A stretch of 64,000 bases of DNA from Gracilinanus agilis (taxonomy: Eukaryota), in assembly GCF_016433145.1 (NCBI RefSeq), contig NC_058130.1, positions 206,031,143 through 206,095,142 on the forward strand, in the 5' to 3' direction. Below the pieces are notes generated by a model. It did no database searches and was not told the DNA's origin. It worked only from the letters and a program-made list of their open reading frames with translations. Shown here one piece after another: positions 61,457 through 64,000 of the stretch. Position 1 is the stretch's first letter, and each line of letters begins with the position of its first letter. The position numbers and the translations under genes were made by a program.

Positions 61457-64000
61457 TTTCCCTAAAGCAATAGACAGAAAATGGTTTGGCCATTGCCTAA
61501 AGGATGAGAAGACCACCTATGGAAATGCCTAAAACTCATTAGTCCTAGGGAAAGATTTTAATTGGTTTTATGGAAGAAATACAATGAATATGCTTGTTAG
61601 AAATTCTGTTCCTACTTTAAGGCAGAACTCCTTTCTGAGTATGCCAAGTTAGTTATAATTTCTCCTAATGCCATAAAATTAAATCTGTATTCAAAGGGTC
61701 ACAAATGCAATAAAAATGCTAATTACATAAACATTGATAATGATTAGCCTTAGCGGGTAATGTCAGTCCAATGGGGGCTTAAAATTTCAGGGACAGGCTT
61801 CTGTCTTTCTGGAAAAGACGAGGAAATAGAAATATCACTTGGAGTAGCTGCTCTCATAACTGCAATGTCACAGTTTTTGAGTGGAAGTTTAAATCCTGTT
61901 TGTAGCTGGTATGTTAAATTCAAATGCACAGACAGGGCATCAGTATTAATTGATAACTGTTAACTTCCCTTCTCTTCCTATCCCCTCATCATTGGAATCA
62001 AAAGGAAGCCAGAGAAAGACTATTTCAAGCAATTATAAATTTCAGTGATATAGTATAAAAAATAATTTGAAGGGATCCAAGGACTCAGGCATTCCAAAAG
62101 TACATTTTTTTTTCTTTCTCTACATGTCACTTTAAAGGAGATACGAATTTGAAGGATGGTTGTAAGAAAGATCTCTCCTAGTAGAAACATAGCTTATGTA
62201 TCCAGAACTATATGGAAAAATCGGAGAAAAGGAAACCTTCACTGGGTCAAGGAGACTTCAAATATAGTCTTGCCAGGTAAAAGAAAGGATATCATTACTG
62301 GACAATAATAAGCTCAGTCTCTTTGTTTTTTAAGCTAACAGCATGTACTACATTTTCCTAGGGTTAGTGCCTAGTTTTAATATCCATATATATAAAAGTA
62401 ATTTAAATTACCATTCATTTACATTTACAGGGGAATCATTATGCAAACATACAAATTATCTGGTATACATATTCATAAATGTGTTTGAGAATTTGGGACA
62501 TAAATGTGAGGGAATTTATTTTCTGTAATGAGTTATGGCTCATTTCTGAATACAAGGGGTTAGTTAGGTTAGGAAAGGGTTAGACCTTTCTTTTTCTTGA
62601 TGTCGTATGGCTAACAGCAAAATGTTAAATAAAGTTTAAAGAACTAGCCTCCCTTCTTCAAAATGAAATCTCCAAAGCCAACATCCTAAATAAATTTATT
62701 GCTTTAAAACAACTAAATCAAAATTATACCTCAAATTATACCTTTTTTCTTTAGCTTAAGGAATTGCTTTCCTAACACATTCAGTGAAATGGCAGTATTT
62801 TATACTGCAATCACAAGGAAACCTTAAAGGTTATATAAAGAACCCCATTTTTCCAGGCAATTGGGATGGAAACTCTGCTACAATTGTACTGTGCTGAGTA
62901 GGATCCACAAGGCGGATGTAATGTGCCATGTAATAGGCAGAGAAGAACCAAGGGTTGCTCCAGGAAAGTCAAGCAAATACATGAGAGGAGAAACTCGATG
63001 GATGCTGATCCAAAGAAAGCAGTGTCCTGACCAAACTCCCACGATGCTCTGGGCAGCAGGAGCCTGGGGTGAGGTACTGAAACAATACATCACAACTAAT
63101 TATTCCTGTAATGCAACATTTTAAAACCATTTACTGTGTACTAAATGTAGGGGCTTTCTGCTTTATCTAAAGATAAAATGTTGAAAGCTGTTGTATCAAA
63201 ATGAGAGAATAGATACAATGTGCATAAGGATGAACGGAACCATCTCCTGAGCATGAAAAAAAACCCTGATATGGAAGAAAGGATATGGGGAAAGAACTTC
63301 TAATGAGTGTCATAAATATAAGGACACAATCTGGAAACAGTAGGAAGTGGAGACACAAAGTGATTCTGGTTAAATCAAGAGACTTCCACTGCAGGTTTAT
63401 TTAACCCTTACCTCAAGGAGATTAAATGAATCTCTGAAGCAGTTGTGTCCTATTTATATAACAATTTGGTCTCTATAGCAGCAAGAAAATTAAAAAAATT
63501 TTTTATTAAATAACATTGTTCCTAGGTAATACTAAAATAAAGACAACTCACAACGAGGTTGTAGGTAAAAATTCTCATTATAAGAAAAAACACTAAGTTG
63601 TGGATTAAATAAGCTAAAGGGCTTTTATTTTATTTCTATTTCTGTATACTGAGGTATAACCCACGACAATGATGACACCATTTAGCATTCATATAGCTTT
63701 TTATATTTGTGAAGTGTTTTACAATCATTTTGGCCAGTAATTAGTTTTTAGCATATAGCAGTGCTCTCTTCAACAAAGAGGTAATAAGAGACAGACATAT
63801 GCACAATGGTTGTTTTAAAGTATTTTTTTAAATGTCTGGAGGTTGCAGAGATTTCCCCAAAGTAGGTATTCTCTCAAGAGAAGAGAGGCAAAGAAGATAA
63901 AACTAGAAATGGCAAAAAACAAAGACAGTTCCTTATATCAGATGAAGTCATTTCACTGCAAAGCTTCTGAGTAAAAAAAAAAAAGGAAATATGGCAATGC

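Larger units (their letters stand above)
58070..64000 (-). other. FOXK1: Probable distal FOXK1 3' UTR
   Basis: Inferred, no coding exon seen. FOXK1 lies immediately upstream of AP5Z1 in the same orientation in mammals. No recognisable SINE/LINE over about 6 kb; AATAAA on - at 58095-58100; 8mer sites for miR-15/16 (63476-63483) and miR-137 (62696-62703). Confidence 0.65.

Overview
Eukaryotic, AT-rich, repeat-dense genomic DNA from a marsupial, most likely a didelphid opossum such as Monodelphis domestica (young SINE1_Mdo-type SINEs with intact target-site duplications, marsupial L1, Mar1, hAT MITEs). The window holds the RADIL-AP5Z1-FOXK1 syntenic block. (i) The last seven coding exons of RADIL lie on + (1802-19118; end of the DIL domain, linker, PDZ domain). 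(ii) The complete 17-exon AP5Z1 gene lies on - (ATG 43760 to stop 21382; the exons sum to 2421 nt = 806 aa + stop, all GT-AG, all phases consistent), with a CpG-island promoter at about 43560-44260. (iii) A transposon-poor stretch at about 58070-64000 is most likely the long FOXK1 3' UTR on -, inferred from synteny and miRNA seed sites. The rest is L1, L2, L3/CR1, RTE, MIR, SINEs, hAT MITEs and LTR elements. I found no prokaryote-type or wholly new genetic system. The most interesting observations are: a complete 4.2 kb non-coding two-LTR provirus with a tRNA-Arg PBS nested in an L1 inside a RADIL intron; an L1 whose intact promoter end sits about 45 nt from a RADIL splice acceptor; a class III (ERVL-like) pol fossil upstream of AP5Z1; a TSD-flanked, tail-less L1 5' UTR-only insertion; a competing RADIL acceptor that would create a premature stop before the PDZ domain; and closely convergent RADIL/AP5Z1 3' ends. 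All alignments were done by eye and homologue comparisons are from memory. Exon and TIR/LTR/TSD coordinates were counted from the sequence; other repeat boundaries are approximate.
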